From assembly GCA_026196035.1 (NCBI GenBank), contig JAPHQX010000055.1, forward strand, positions 1 to 63,979: a stretch of 63,979 bases of DNA. The letters are read 5' to 3'. Positions 19,072 to 29,229 of this stretch are shown in pieces (positions within the stretch are counted from its first letter, which is position 1; the number at the start of each line of letters is the position of its first letter). The notes beneath the pieces are model-generated. The model was not told the origin of the DNA and made no database searches. It saw only the letters and a program-made list of their open reading frames with translations. The DNA comes from Gammaproteobacteria bacterium. GTDB lineage: Bacteria > Pseudomonadota > Gammaproteobacteria > SZUA-229. The translations under genes and the position numbers were made by a program.

Positions 19072-20459
19072 TGGTCGTCAGGCAGGCTAATAACCACAAA
19101 CTGATCTGCACCGTCACGATGAACCAGCACAGGTACTTTCTTACCCACAGGCAAACTGGCTACTTTCTTTCTGAAATCAGCCACATGCTTAATATTGGAC
19201 TGATTAATCTGCAAAATAATGTCGCCTTCTCTCAGACCCGCAACATAAGCCACACTGTTAGGTGCTACCCGTTCAATCTTCACGCCACGACTCAGATCTA
19301 ACTTTTCAGCTTTAGTCAGCTCAACTACGGCCACACCAATACGATTTTCCTTTAAAGACTGATGCCTGGGTAAAACAGCTTTATCTTCCTCTGGCAAAGC
19401 CTCAATCAGTACTTTTAAGGTTTTGTATTTCCCTTCTCGCAACAGCTTAATCTGCGCAGTATTTCCCACAGGCACACGTCCAACCATTGGCGGTAAATTT
19501 GAAGAGTCGATAATGGTCTTTCCATTAAAAGCGACAATAACATCACCTGCCTTAATGCCACTTTTTTCAGCTGGACTATTCTCAATCACCTGAGAAACCA
19601 GTGCACCCTGAGGTTTATCAAGACCAAAAGATTCAGCCAGTTCCTGAGTCACTTCCTGAATATAAACACCCAGCCAGCCTCTATTTACAAAACCTTTAGT
19701 CTTTAACTGCTCAACGACATCCATGGCCACTTCAACAGGAATAGCAAATGACAATCCCATAAAACCACCGGTACGACTATAGATCTGGGAATTAATACCT
19801 ATCACTTCGCCATCCAGATTAAATAATGGACCACCTGAATTTCCCGGATTTATAGCCACATCAGTCTGTATAAAAGGTACATAGTTTGCACTGGGCAAAC
19901 TGCGACCCTTGGCACTGACAATACCGGCAGTGACCGAATGATCAAAACCAAACGGGGAACCAATTGCCAGCACCCAGGAACCGACTTTTACTTTTTCAGC
20001 ACTGCCAATTTTAACCACAGGCAGGTTTTCAGCCTTGATTTTCAATAAGGCAATATCACTGTATTTATCAGTACCAATCAGTTTTGCTTCTAATTCACGT
20101 TTATCACTCAATCGCACAAAAATTTCTTCAGCATCAGCCACAACATGATGATTGGTAATGACATAGCCATCTTTTGATAGGATAAAACCCGAACCCAGAG
20201 ATTTTGAATCTTCTGGCATTTGAGGCATACCATCTTCACCAAAGAATTTTTTAAACAGATCACCAAACGGTGAATGCTCGGGAATATCCATATGTTCCCA
20301 TGATTTAGATTCTATTTTCTGTACTGTACTAATATTTACAACGGCAGGACTATTTTTTTCCACCAGTTGTACAAAATCCGGCAGGTATTGAGCGACTGAT
20401 AACGAAGAGAAAAAAGAAACCAAAAGAAAAGTCGCCAGACGACTTGTAGTTAACAACAT
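19068..20459 (-). CDS. degP: Periplasmic serine endoprotease DegP/MucD family (trypsin domain plus two PDZ domains)
   Basis: 463 aa with a signal peptide. Catalytic GNSGGPL and two PDZ-like repeats. Its position after rseABC resembles Pseudomonas mucD. Confidence 0.9.
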   Translation of the reverse strand: MLLTTSRLATFLLVSFFSSLSVAQYLPDFVQLVEKNSPAVVNISTVQKIESKSWEHMDIPEHSPFGDLFKKFFGEDGMPQMPEDSKSLGSGFILSKDGYVITNHHVVADAEEIFVRLSDKRELEAKLIGTDKYSDIALLKIKAENLPVVKIGSAEKVKVGSWVLAIGSPFGFDHSVTAGIVSAKGRSLPSANYVPFIQTDVAINPGNSGGPLFNLDGEVIGINSQIYSRTGGFMGLSFAIPVEVAMDVVEQLKTKGFVNRGWLGVYIQEVTQELAESFGLDKPQGALVSQVIENSPAEKSGIKAGDVIVAFNGKTIIDSSNLPPMVGRVPVGNTAQIKLLREGKYKTLKVLIEALPEEDKAVLPRHQSLKENRIGVAVVELTKAEKLDLSRGVKIERVAPNSVAYVAGLREGDIILQINQSNIKHVADFRKKVASLPVGKKVPVLVHRDGADQFVVISLPDDQ

Positions 20460-20514
20460 TTGAAACTCCAGTCAGAGATAAATAGTCTTTGTAATATTAG
20501 CTGATTAAAGGATT

Positions 20515-20997
20515 TTATGATGCCAGCATAGTATCATGAGTTACTGACTGATGATGTAGTATGCGTAGCATTTCAGGCTGTAAGCGCTTTTTAAGATTAA
20601 CGTTTGAAAAACCAAATCGAATCACCAGAATAGTAATCGAAAACCCCAGTAATGCGCAAATGACAGCCACCAGTTCAGAATTATAACCATTTGCTTTTGC
20701 CCAGAACTCACCAGCGACAGCCATCAAAAACATACTCAGCAATGGTGCCAGATAAATAACAAATGAGCCCAGTACCAGTGCATTTTCCTGTACGCCAAGT
20801 AAAACTGTATCGCCTAACTGCGCATCTAATGTATTGGCGACTCTAATCTGACTACTACGTTGACCGACCACTTTTGAAAGCACCGAGGTGCCACAGCCTT
20901 TTTTTACAGAACAGCTCTGACAGGAAGACTTACGCTGCGTCTGTAATAGCGCATACGTATCTTCTAAAGCAACCACTATGGCCTGTTCTTCTATCAT
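20515..20997 (-). CDS. rseC: SoxR-reducing system protein RseC/MucC
   Basis: The likely start MIEEQAIVVALED... lies 1 nt after the rseB stop. N-terminal Cys-rich motif (CQSCSVKKGCG) and two C-terminal TM helices. Confidence 0.7.
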   Translation of the reverse strand: MIEEQAIVVALEDTYALLQTQRKSSCQSCSVKKGCGTSVLSKVVGQRSSQIRVANTLDAQLGDTVLLGVQENALVLGSFVIYLAPLLSMFLMAVAGEFWAKANGYNSELVAVICALLGFSITILVIRFGFSNVNLKKRLQPEMLRILHHQSVTHDTMLAS

Positions 20998-20998
20998 G

Positions 20999-21940
20999 CT
21001 ATTGAGTATATCGTATAGATTGACCAATAAGTCTTACAGTATCTACAGGCACTTCACCAATCACTGTCACCTGATGCCCATTAACAGGCATACCAAAAGC
21101 ATTAACTGCTCCCATTTTCGATATTCCGTTCAATGCTTTTTGGGCCGACATCTGTTTTTCAACAAAAACCGAAACAGATGCTATGCCATCGCTATAAACC
21201 ATTTGATGCACCAGACCACCTGCCGAACCCGGTTTAGTACTACTGCGAGTCAGCATAAAACCATCAGGTAACTGATCGGCATTCCAGATATTAACGGCCT
21301 GTTGATGACGCCCAAGATCCAGATCGATGGACTGGAAACCCTTATATTCACTTTCCGGTAATAACTCGGGAGCTTTATTTAGCACCGTTAACTCACTAAA
21401 CATTAATTGCTCTACAACTTTATTAGTACTATCCATCAAGTCACATTTAAGCAACAAACCGGTATCCATATCCAGCCAGAACTTAAACCCGTAACGAAAT
21501 TTGTCCTTAGGTTTTATTTCCAGTATCTGAGCATTTTTTCGGGCTATACGATCCTGACCTGCCAGTTGAATATCATAATACTGCTTAAGATTTGACAGAT
21601 TTTTCGGCAACTGGGGATGAAAAGGATTCTGCTCTATTTCATGACTAATCGTCACCAGTTCGCGCTCGGGGAAAATAGTTTTAACCGTATCTTTCTTGCG
21701 AATGACTTTTCGTGATTCACCATTCAGAAATTCCAGGCTCTCCCAGATACCACTTTTATCAATCCCGTGTTGCACAAAAAGCGCATCAACCTTATCCGCC
21801 TGGCGAATAATCAATGTTCCCTGATAATTATTCATTTCCATAGCATGGGTCATTTTATTCAACCAGACATCAACATCACTCGCATGTACCAGACCGGTAA
21901 AAACTAATCCCGATAAGAAAAATAAACGACTCAGATTCAT
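20999..21940 (-). CDS. rseB: Sigma-E regulatory protein RseB/MucB
   Basis: The likely start MNLSRLFFLSGLVFTGLVHA (signal peptide) lies just after the rseA stop. MucB/RseB-like length and position. Confidence 0.85.
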   Translation of the reverse strand: MNLSRLFFLSGLVFTGLVHASDVDVWLNKMTHAMEMNNYQGTLIIRQADKVDALFVQHGIDKSGIWESLEFLNGESRKVIRKKDTVKTIFPERELVTISHEIEQNPFHPQLPKNLSNLKQYYDIQLAGQDRIARKNAQILEIKPKDKFRYGFKFWLDMDTGLLLKCDLMDSTNKVVEQLMFSELTVLNKAPELLPESEYKGFQSIDLDLGRHQQAVNIWNADQLPDGFMLTRSSTKPGSAGGLVHQMVYSDGIASVSVFVEKQMSAQKALNGISKMGAVNAFGMPVNGHQVTVIGEVPVDTVRLIGQSIRYTQ

Positions 21941-21944
21941 ATTA

Positions 21945-22574
21945 TTACTTTGCCTGTGACCCATAACTGGCAACACGCACATAAGGCATCATACCCTGCA
22001 TCGTATTCTGACCTGCATAACCTGAATGATTCATCATGTACTCATTTAACTGCTGTGTACGTAAAGCCGAATTCGGCTGCTCAGCACCAACAGAAACTAC
22101 GCGTAGTTGTTTCGCCAGATTGGCATTAACCGGTGTAATATCAGTAGCCTGAATATATTCTTGCTGAGCCCGGGTATCTGCTGCTAACTGGTTAGCAGGC
22201 ACTATAGATTCTGTTTCAACGGTTCGAAATGCCACCACTGTTACCAGTGCAACCGATGCTGCAACAGCCATACCTGATAAAGGGCGTAACCATGAGGAAA
22301 AATCAAATCGTTTATTTGTAGCCGACACTGCATTCTTATCGGCTATCCCATATGTTTCTTCTGCATCAATAGCACGATGCACTGATGCAGAAATATCCAT
22401 GAACGATGTAACATCAACATCGTCACGCATAACATCACCGATCAGCTTATAACGAAAATTCTTTTCTGCATCCGCCACAGGACTCTGTTTCAAATCAGCT
22501 AAAAAATCATTATGTTCTTCTGCATTCAGTGCGCTATCAAGAAAAGCAGATAATTGTTCGTCTCTATTATTCAT
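21945..22574 (-). CDS. rseA: Anti-sigma-E factor RseA/MucA
   Basis: 209 aa. N-terminal anti-sigma motif (EQLSAFLD...), a central TM segment (MAVAASVALVTVVAF), and position directly after rpoE. Confidence 0.75.
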   Translation of the reverse strand: MNNRDEQLSAFLDSALNAEEHNDFLADLKQSPVADAEKNFRYKLIGDVMRDDVDVTSFMDISASVHRAIDAEETYGIADKNAVSATNKRFDFSSWLRPLSGMAVAASVALVTVVAFRTVETESIVPANQLAADTRAQQEYIQATDITPVNANLAKQLRVVSVGAEQPNSALRTQQLNEYMMNHSGYAGQNTMQGMMPYVRVASYGSQAK

Positions 22575-22600
22575 TACTATTACCTCTTATCAGCAGATAA

Positions 22601-23179
22601 TTATTTATCAAGCAAGGGCTTGAGCTGAGTATCTATGGCTTCACGCGCACGGAAAATTCTTGATCTGACAGTACCTATGGGACAATCCATAACAGTGGCA
22701 ATATCTTCATAACTTAAGCCTTCTATTTCACGCAATGTAATAGCTTCTTTAAGATCATCCGGCAAATCACTAATACACCTGTTAATAACTTCACTCATTT
22801 CACTGGCTAACACTTCCCTTTCAGGTGTCGCGTATTCTCTCAACCAGTCAGCACTGTCGTACTGCTCGGCATCCTGAGCATCGACAGCAGAATTAGTTGC
22901 TTTGCGCCCAGAGGCCACCAGATGATTCTTGGCAGTATTAATCGCGATACGATATAGCCAGGTATAAAAAGCACTATCACCACGAAAATTTTTCAGCGCT
23001 CGATAAGCTTTAATGAACGATTCCTGAGCGACATCCTGTACATCATCAGCATTACGTACCAGCCTGGCAATTAATTTCATTACCCGATGTTGATACTTTA
23101 ATACCAGAAGATCGAAGGCTCGCTTATCACCTTGCTGTACCCGCTCTACCAGAGCCTGATCAATTTCTCTCTCGCCCAT
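22601..23179 (-). CDS. rpoE: RNA polymerase sigma-E (sigma-24, AlgU/RpoE)
   Basis: From MGEREIDQALVERVQQGDKRAFDLLVLKYQH... onward it is near-colinear with E. coli RpoE (DSAFYTWLYRIAINTAKN, CPIGTVRSRIFRAREAI). A GGAGGG Shine-Dalgarno lies 9 nt upstream. The longer tracked ORF to 23380 is an artefact. Confidence 0.95.
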   Translation of the reverse strand: MGEREIDQALVERVQQGDKRAFDLLVLKYQHRVMKLIARLVRNADDVQDVAQESFIKAYRALKNFRGDSAFYTWLYRIAINTAKNHLVASGRKATNSAVDAQDAEQYDSADWLREYATPEREVLASEMSEVINRCISDLPDDLKEAITLREIEGLSYEDIATVMDCPIGTVRSRIFRAREAIDTQLKPLLDK

Positions 23180-23198
23180 CCGGGCCTGCCCTCCGCTG

Positions 23199-23213
23199 GG
23201 CACATCCTGTGCC
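23199..23213 (-). promoter_or_regulatory. GGA-triloop hairpin in the rpoE 5' leader (candidate CsrA site)
   Basis: Minus strand reads GGCACA-GGA-TGTGCC. It lies 19 nt upstream of the rpoE ATG and 4 nt upstream of the GGAGGG Shine-Dalgarno. The core 13-mer GCACAGGATGTGC is identical to the hairpin at 2679-2691. Confidence 0.4.
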
Positions 23214-23220
23214 TGTTTGT

Positions 23221-23247
23221 TAAGACCGACTTGGTCTACAATAGTTC
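23221..23247 (-). promoter_or_regulatory. Sigma-E-type autoregulated promoter upstream of rpoE
   Basis: Minus strand reads GAACTA-N16-TCTTA. Compare the E. coli rpoE P2 pattern GAACTT-N16-TCTAA. The predicted start site falls at or just before the GGA hairpin. Confidence 0.45.
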
Positions 23248-23350
23248 GTCTAGGTTTACTAGGGGTTCTGTTTACTCTATCTAGTGTAATATCCACCCCG
23301 AAAGAGCAAACCATACCTGATTCGCATAATGACATAAAGAGCCAGCCTGT

Positions 23351-24970
23351 TTGATAATTGAACTTAACAACAATAGACAATCATTTCGCCACGACGTTCT
23401 CATTATTGGTGGCGGAGCTGCAGGTTTGAGTCTGGCCCTGCATTTAGAGCCTGAATTAAAAGTCGCTGTTATATCCAAAGGTAGAGAAGATACTGGCAGC
23501 ACCTATTATGCGCAGGGCGGCATATCCGCTGTTTTACACCCTGATGATTCATTTAAATCCCATATCGCAGACACCCTGAACGCAGGTAACGGCCTGTGTG
23601 ATGAAGCGGCTGTGCGCTTTACCGTTGAACATGCTCCGGAAAATATCCAGTGGCTGGCAGATCTGGGAGTACCTTTTACGACTGATACTCATAAAGATGG
23701 CAGCAAGAGCTACCATCTAACCCGGGAAGGTGGTCACAGTCATCGCCGGGTGATTCATGCCGCCGATGCGACTGGTCGTGCCCTGGAAACCACGCTGATC
23801 AACCATGCCAGACATAATAAAAATATTGAATTATTTGATCATCATATTGCGGTTGACCTGATCACCGGCAGCAAGCTGGGATTGAAACATAATCGCTGCA
23901 TTGGTGCCTATGTATTAAATGAAGCCAAAGGCCGGGTGGAAACCTTTCAGGCAAAATGCGTGATACTGGCCACTGGCGGAGCTAACAAGGTGTACCTATA
24001 TACCAGCAACCCTGACGGTTCTACCGGTGACGGCATCGCCATGGCCTGGCGCGCCGGCTGTAATGTTGCCAATATGGAATTTATGCAATTCCATCCTACC
24101 TGCCTTTACCACCCTAAAGCCAAAACATTCCTGCTCACCGAAGCCCTGCGCGGAGAAGGCGGCAAATTATTACTGCCCAATGGCAAACGCTTCATGGATC
24201 AGTTTGATTCACGGGGCGAACTGGCACCCCGTGATATCGTCGCTCGTGCCATTGACCATGAAATGAAACGACTGGGTGTTGAGTGCATGTATCTGGACAT
24301 CAGCCATAAATCAGCCGCATTTATTACTTCTCACTTCCCAATGATTTATAAAAAATGCAGGGAATTCGGTTTCGATATTACTAAAGAAGCCGTACCCGTA
24401 GTACCTGCAGCACATTACACCTGCGGTGGTGTGATGACTGATCTTAATGGCCAGACCAGTATTGAAAATCTATATGCCATAGGTGAAACCTCTTTCACTG
24501 GATTGCACGGAGCCAACCGCATGGCCAGTAATTCACTGCTGGAATGTCTGGTCTTTGCTCAGTCAGCCGCCACTGATATCAACTCAAAAATGACTGGAAA
24601 ATATCAGTGGGACAAAATAAAAGACTGGGATGAAAGTCGTGTCACCGACTCAGATGAAGAAGTCGTGGTCTCCCATAACTGGGATGAGCTACGTCGTTTC
24701 ATGTGGGACTATGTCGGCATTGTACGTACTGACAAACGACTACAACGGGCAAAACGCCGAGTTGATTTATTACGCTCTGAAATTAATGAATATTATGGCA
24801 ACTTTAGAATTACCGGTGATCTACTGGAATTACGTAATCTTGCTGTTGTCGCTGATCTCATTATACGCTGTGCTATGGAAAGAAAAGAAAGCCGTGGTCT
24901 GCATTACACTCTGGACTATCCAGAAATGGATAATTCAAAACCGGCAACAAACACTATACTCAAACCCTAA
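23351..24970 (+). CDS. nadB: L-aspartate oxidase
   Basis: 539 aa. FAD motif [16 protein letters not shown] and fumarate reductase/succinate dehydrogenase-like core. Divergent from rpoE as in enterics. Confidence 0.95.
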   Translation: MIIELNNNRQSFRHDVLIIGGGAAGLSLALHLEPELKVAVISKGREDTGSTYYAQGGISAVLHPDDSFKSHIADTLNAGNGLCDEAAVRFTVEHAPENIQWLADLGVPFTTDTHKDGSKSYHLTREGGHSHRRVIHAADATGRALETTLINHARHNKNIELFDHHIAVDLITGSKLGLKHNRCIGAYVLNEAKGRVETFQAKCVILATGGANKVYLYTSNPDGSTGDGIAMAWRAGCNVANMEFMQFHPTCLYHPKAKTFLLTEALRGEGGKLLLPNGKRFMDQFDSRGELAPRDIVARAIDHEMKRLGVECMYLDISHKSAAFITSHFPMIYKKCREFGFDITKEAVPVVPAAHYTCGGVMTDLNGQTSIENLYAIGETSFTGLHGANRMASNSLLECLVFAQSAATDINSKMTGKYQWDKIKDWDESRVTDSDEEVVVSHNWDELRRFMWDYVGIVRTDKRLQRAKRRVDLLRSEINEYYGNFRITGDLLELRNLAVVADLIIRCAMERKESRGLHYTLDYPEMDNSKPATNTILKP

Positions 24971-24990
24971 ATAATCCCCAGGTAAAAAAC

Positions 24991-25806
24991 ATGTCTGAAT
25001 TACCCTTAATCATTGAACCGGATGAATTAGAACAACATTTAAACGATGAAGGTTTGTTAATTATTGATCTATGCAAACACGCCCAATATGTTCAGGGACA
25101 CATACCCGGTGCCGCATTTCTGGAGTACGGCCATATTACCGGCATGAATAAACCCACCATGGGATTACTACCCGATGAAGCCCAGCTCAGCCATATTTTA
25201 TCTACTTTAGGAATGACCCCTGAAACCCATGTGGTTGCTTATGACGATGAGGGCGGTGGTAAAGCAGCTCGCTTAATCTGGACACTGAATGCCGCAGGCC
25301 ATACAAAAACATCATTGCTCAATGGCGGCCTAATCAGCTGGGCCAATGAAGGTCATTCACTGGATAATGAAGCTGTACACACAACTCCCGCTCATTATGA
25401 AGTGTCTTATTCCAATATGGATGTAGTCGCTGATACTGATTACATTCTGAAAAACCTTGAAAACAAAAATGTTGCGCTGCTGGATGCTCGAAGCGCCGCT
25501 GAATATGATGGCAGCAAAAAATTTGCCGAACGTGGTGGCCACATTCCCGGCGCTATTCATTTTGAATGGACCGATGGCATGGACAGGCAGCGTGATTATC
25601 GTTTACTGGCAGACGATGAATTAAAATCAAAACTGAATGCTCTGGGACTCACCGAAGATAAAGAAATTATTGTCTATTGTCAGACCCATCATCGATCAGC
25701 GCTGTCATATTTTATGTTAAAACAGCTGGGCTATGAAAAAGTCAGGGGTTATCCAGGCTCATGGTCGGAATGGGGTAATCGAATGGATACGCCGGTTGAG
25801 GTTTGA
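24991..25806 (+). CDS. Tandem-rhodanese thiosulfate sulfurtransferase (RhdA-like active-site loop)
   Basis: 271 aa with two rhodanese domains. The active-site loop CQTHHRS matches the Azotobacter RhdA type. Confidence 0.85.
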   Translation: MSELPLIIEPDELEQHLNDEGLLIIDLCKHAQYVQGHIPGAAFLEYGHITGMNKPTMGLLPDEAQLSHILSTLGMTPETHVVAYDDEGGGKAARLIWTLNAAGHTKTSLLNGGLISWANEGHSLDNEAVHTTPAHYEVSYSNMDVVADTDYILKNLENKNVALLDARSAAEYDGSKKFAERGGHIPGAIHFEWTDGMDRQRDYRLLADDELKSKLNALGLTEDKEIIVYCQTHHRSALSYFMLKQLGYEKVRGYPGSWSEWGNRMDTPVEV

Positions 25807-25880
25807 TCACAGAGACAAGATTAGTCCGCGAATTAACGCAAATAAAAAAAAGCATTATTAGGGTTTAGTGCGCCGTATTA

Positions 25881-25975
25881 GGGCAGGAAGCCCGTAATTA
25901 GAACAACGCACGACTGCATGGATGCAGGAGGTAGAACGACTCAGGAGATAAAGTCGAGGAGCAGTTGTCGAGGTA
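25881..25975 (+). other. Second GGA-loop hairpin array (candidate Rsm/Csr-like RNA, 3'UTR element or REP-like repeat)
   Basis: Plus-strand units are GGGC-AGGAA-GCCC (25881-25893), CTGCAT-GG-ATGCAG (25914-25927), an AGGAGG run (25926-25931), CGACT-CAGGAGATAA-AGTCG (25937-25956) and GTCGAGGAGC (25953-25962). There are five GGA and zero TCC on the plus strand. No clear promoter or strong terminator was seen. Confidence 0.3.
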
Positions 25976-26024
25976 CGCGAACAAAACTTAGCGTCTATTA
26001 GTGTTTATTTGCAGACTAAAACGT

Positions 26025-26582
26025 TTATATCTTTAACGCATGCTCACGGTAATACACAAGCTCGGCAATTGAATCCTTAATATCATCCATGGCCAGATGA
26101 GATGAATCCTTACTAAAGCCATTATAAACCTCTGGTGACCAGCGTCTGGCCAGTTCCTTAATCGTACTGACATCCAGATTACGATAATGGAAAAAAGCTT
26201 CCAGCGTTTTCATATGGTTCGCCATAAAACGACGATCCTGGCAAATAGTATTGCCGCACATGGGCGATGCGCCTTTGGGTACATATTGTTCCAGGAAGGC
26301 AATGGTCTGTCGCTCAGCCTCAGCCTCATCAATGGTGCTGTCTTTTACTCGCCGAGTTAAACCTGATTTTCCATGTTGATTTGTACACCATTCATCCATG
26401 CCATTAAGAATCTCATCACTCTGATGTATGGCGATCATCGGTCCCTCGGCAAGAATATTAAGATTTTTATCTGTTACAATAGTGGCGATTTCAATGATCA
26501 CATCACTTTGCGGCTCAAGCCCCGTCATTTCGAGGTCAACCCAGACTAGATTATCTTTATTCTGCTTCGATGTATCGACCAT
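26025..26582 (-). CDS. orn: Oligoribonuclease
   Basis: 185 aa. DEDDh exonuclease motifs ([27 protein letters not shown]). Confidence 0.95.
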   Translation of the reverse strand: MVDTSKQNKDNLVWVDLEMTGLEPQSDVIIEIATIVTDKNLNILAEGPMIAIHQSDEILNGMDEWCTNQHGKSGLTRRVKDSTIDEAEAERQTIAFLEQYVPKGASPMCGNTICQDRRFMANHMKTLEAFFHYRNLDVSTIKELARRWSPEVYNGFSKDSSHLAMDDIKDSIAELVYYREHALKI

Positions 26583-26683
26583 GATATCTCCAATGATGTA
26601 GTGTAATTATTTGCCTTCTAAGTAGAACATTTTAGCCAGAAAAGAGATAATGACCATACTTTATTAAATTCAGAGGTTGTTTC

Positions 26684-27922
26684 ATGCATAGTTTTGGGCT
26701 GCTTTTTCTTGCCTTTTTCGCTTTATCTTTAATGATTAAATTCTGGCTAGCACATAGACACATTTCCCATATTCAGAATAATCGCGAAACAGTACCAGAA
26801 GCTTTTAGTGAAAAAATCTCTCTAGATGACCACCAAAAAGCAGCCAGCTACACCACAACCAAAGTACGCTTTGGTCGCTGGCCAATGATGTATGATGCAT
26901 TACTACTACTCATCTGGACATTTGGTGGAGGACTGGAACTCCTTGATCAAAGCCTGCGCACTCTGGCGCTGGACCCTGTATACACGGGCATAGCCGTTAT
27001 CCTCAGCCTGATGCTTATTTCATCGCTACTGGATTTACCCTTTTCAATTTACAGCACCTTTGTTATTGAAGAGCGCTTTGGATTTAACCGGACTACCGCA
27101 AAAATATTTATTAGTGACTTATTTAAAGGCATGTTGTTAGCCCTTGTCATAGGCACCCCATTAATCTGGGCTGTGCTCTGGCTAATGGAAACAGCCGGTG
27201 AACTCTGGTGGCTTTACACCTGGATGGTGTGGACCGGTTTCAGTCTATTTATTGCCTGGGCCTACCCTACCTGGATTGCACCCATCTTTAATAAATTCAC
27301 ACCTCTGGAAGAAGGTGAAACACTTAACCGTATCAACAACCTGCTCAACCGTTGCGGCTTTAATAGCAAGGGTATTTTTGTTATTGATGGTTCACGTCGC
27401 TCCAGTCACGGTAATGCCTACTTTTCAGGTTTCGGCAAAAACAAACGTATCGTATTTTTTGATACTTTATTAAAGTCATTAGACGATGATGAACTGGAAG
27501 CCGTACTAGCACATGAACTGGGGCACTTTAAACGCAAACATATTATCAAAGGCATGTTACTGTCGATCAGCATGACATTACTTGGCTTATGGATACTCGC
27601 CTGGCTGATGCAACATGACTGGTTCTACAATGCACTGGGCGTCAGCACACCATCGACTTACATGGCATTATTACTCTTCACACTGGTAGTGCCTGTATTT
27701 ACTTTTCTACTCAGCCCATTAATGAGTATGCTGTCACGCAAAAATGAATTTGAAGCCGATGAATTTGCGGCAGAACAGTCAAATGCAAAAGATTTAATAC
27801 GTGCACTGGTTAATATGTATAAAGAAAATGCCAGCACACTAACCCCTGACCCTGTCTATTCAGCATTTTATGACAGTCACCCCCCGGCACCTGTTAGAAT
27901 TGCACATCTTGCAGGCCATTAA
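26684..27922 (+). CDS. M48 family (Ste24/HtpX-like) integral membrane zinc metalloprotease
   Basis: 412 aa with multiple TM segments. HELGH zinc motif with a downstream E (NEFEADEFA). Confidence 0.85.
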   Translation: MHSFGLLFLAFFALSLMIKFWLAHRHISHIQNNRETVPEAFSEKISLDDHQKAASYTTTKVRFGRWPMMYDALLLLIWTFGGGLELLDQSLRTLALDPVYTGIAVILSLMLISSLLDLPFSIYSTFVIEERFGFNRTTAKIFISDLFKGMLLALVIGTPLIWAVLWLMETAGELWWLYTWMVWTGFSLFIAWAYPTWIAPIFNKFTPLEEGETLNRINNLLNRCGFNSKGIFVIDGSRRSSHGNAYFSGFGKNKRIVFFDTLLKSLDDDELEAVLAHELGHFKRKHIIKGMLLSISMTLLGLWILAWLMQHDWFYNALGVSTPSTYMALLLFTLVVPVFTFLLSPLMSMLSRKNEFEADEFAAEQSNAKDLIRALVNMYKENASTLTPDPVYSAFYDSHPPAPVRIAHLAGH

Positions 27923-27937
27923 AAAGGAACCTTAATA

Positions 27938-28216
27938 ATGAAACCTGTCTTTCTCATAATCAGTTTAATATTTTCTACTTCAGTCATAGCAGAAGAAAAA
28001 ACCAGCGTTACTCATGGTGAACAATTGCATAATGACAAATGCCTGGCCTGTCACACAACACAAGTTTACAGCCGTGACGACAGACGAGTGAAAACACTAC
28101 AGGCTTTATCTAATCAGGTTAATAACTGCATGAAGGGCCCTGCAAAAGCTGAGTGGACAGAAATAGAAACCAACTCAGTAATTAATTACCTTAATCAAAA
28201 ATTCTATAAATTCTGA
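27938..28216 (+). CDS. Small periplasmic c-type cytochrome-like protein
   Basis: 92 aa with a signal peptide and a single CXXCH haem-binding motif (CLACH). Confidence 0.6.
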   Translation: MKPVFLIISLIFSTSVIAEEKTSVTHGEQLHNDKCLACHTTQVYSRDDRRVKTLQALSNQVNNCMKGPAKAEWTEIETNSVINYLNQKFYKF

Positions 28217-28221
28217 ACTTT

Positions 28222-29229
28222 ATGGCAAAGCGCCGAATCAGTGAGCAACAGAAACGTAGAATAGAAAGTATTCAGCAAAAACGTCGTGATAAAGCGGGTA
28301 AAAATCAGCACGAGAAAGAACAACAACTCGAAAAACAGGGCCTCGGCCCTGAACAACCCGGACAGGTGATTACCAACTTCGGCCAGTCATTAATTATTGA
28401 AAATAATCAGCAACAGCTTTTTCGTTGTGTCGCTCGGCAGAATTTAGGCCCCATTGTTTGCGGTGACAATGTTATCTGGCAACAGTCTCAAAATAATGAT
28501 GGTGTCATTGTGGCACTGCAAGAAAGAAAAAATCTTCTACAAAAACCGGGGTTTGGTGGAAAACTTAAACCCATGTCTGCAAATATTGATCAGATTATTA
28601 TTGTTGCCTCTGTCCAACCGGAACCCAACCCCTATTTAATTGATCGTTATCTGGTGGCAGCTGAAACACTACCTGCCTTACCCATTATTTTGATCAATAA
28701 AATAGATTTACTAAATGACAGTAATCGACAAATTATTAATGATATCGAAAAAGAATATTCAGCTATCGGTTATCAGGTCATAAAAACCAGTAATGTCATT
28801 GATCAGGGTTTTAAACAACTGCTCGATGCTCTGCAAGCAAAAACAAGTATCTTTGTTGGCCTGTCCGGCGTGGGAAAATCATCGATAATTAATCATCTCT
28901 TACCTGAACTTGATATTCGTGTGGGTGAATTATCAGCCGCAAGTGGAGAAGGCACCCATACCACAACCAGTTCAACACTGTACAATTTACCCTGTGGTGG
29001 CAAACTCATTGATTCACCAGGAGTACGTGATTTTGGCCTGTGGAATACCTCAGCTGAAAACATTTTAAAAGGTTTCAGGGAATTACGACCATTTACAGGC
29101 CAGTGTAAATTTTCTAATTGTAACCATGAAAATGAACCTGATTGCGCCATCAAAAATGCCTTTCATTCCAACAAAATCAGCGCTCATCGATTCAAAAACT
29201 ACCAGAAAATGCTTAAAGAATACTCATAA
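28222..29229 (+). CDS. rsgA: Ribosome small-subunit-dependent GTPase A
   Basis: 335 aa. Basic N-terminus, circularly permuted GTPase (NKIDLL ... GLSGVGKSSIIN) and a C-terminal zinc finger (CKFSNCNHENEPDC). Confidence 0.9.
   Translation: MAKRRISEQQKRRIESIQQKRRDKAGKNQHEKEQQLEKQGLGPEQPGQVITNFGQSLIIENNQQQLFRCVARQNLGPIVCGDNVIWQQSQNNDGVIVALQERKNLLQKPGFGGKLKPMSANIDQIIIVASVQPEPNPYLIDRYLVAAETLPALPIILINKIDLLNDSNRQIINDIEKEYSAIGYQVIKTSNVIDQGFKQLLDALQAKTSIFVGLSGVGKSSIINHLLPELDIRVGELSAASGEGTHTTTSSTLYNLPCGGKLIDSPGVRDFGLWNTSAENILKGFRELRPFTGQCKFSNCNHENEPDCAIKNAFHSNKISAHRFKNYQKMLKEYS

Noticed and set aside
23180-23380. N-terminal 67-codon extension of the rpoE ORF, plus the overlapping 73-aa ORF at 23281-23502
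   Set aside because: Alignment by eye with E. coli RpoE starts at MGEREIDQ (23179), which has a good Shine-Dalgarno. The extension would cover the promoter and leader elements and overlap the nadB start.
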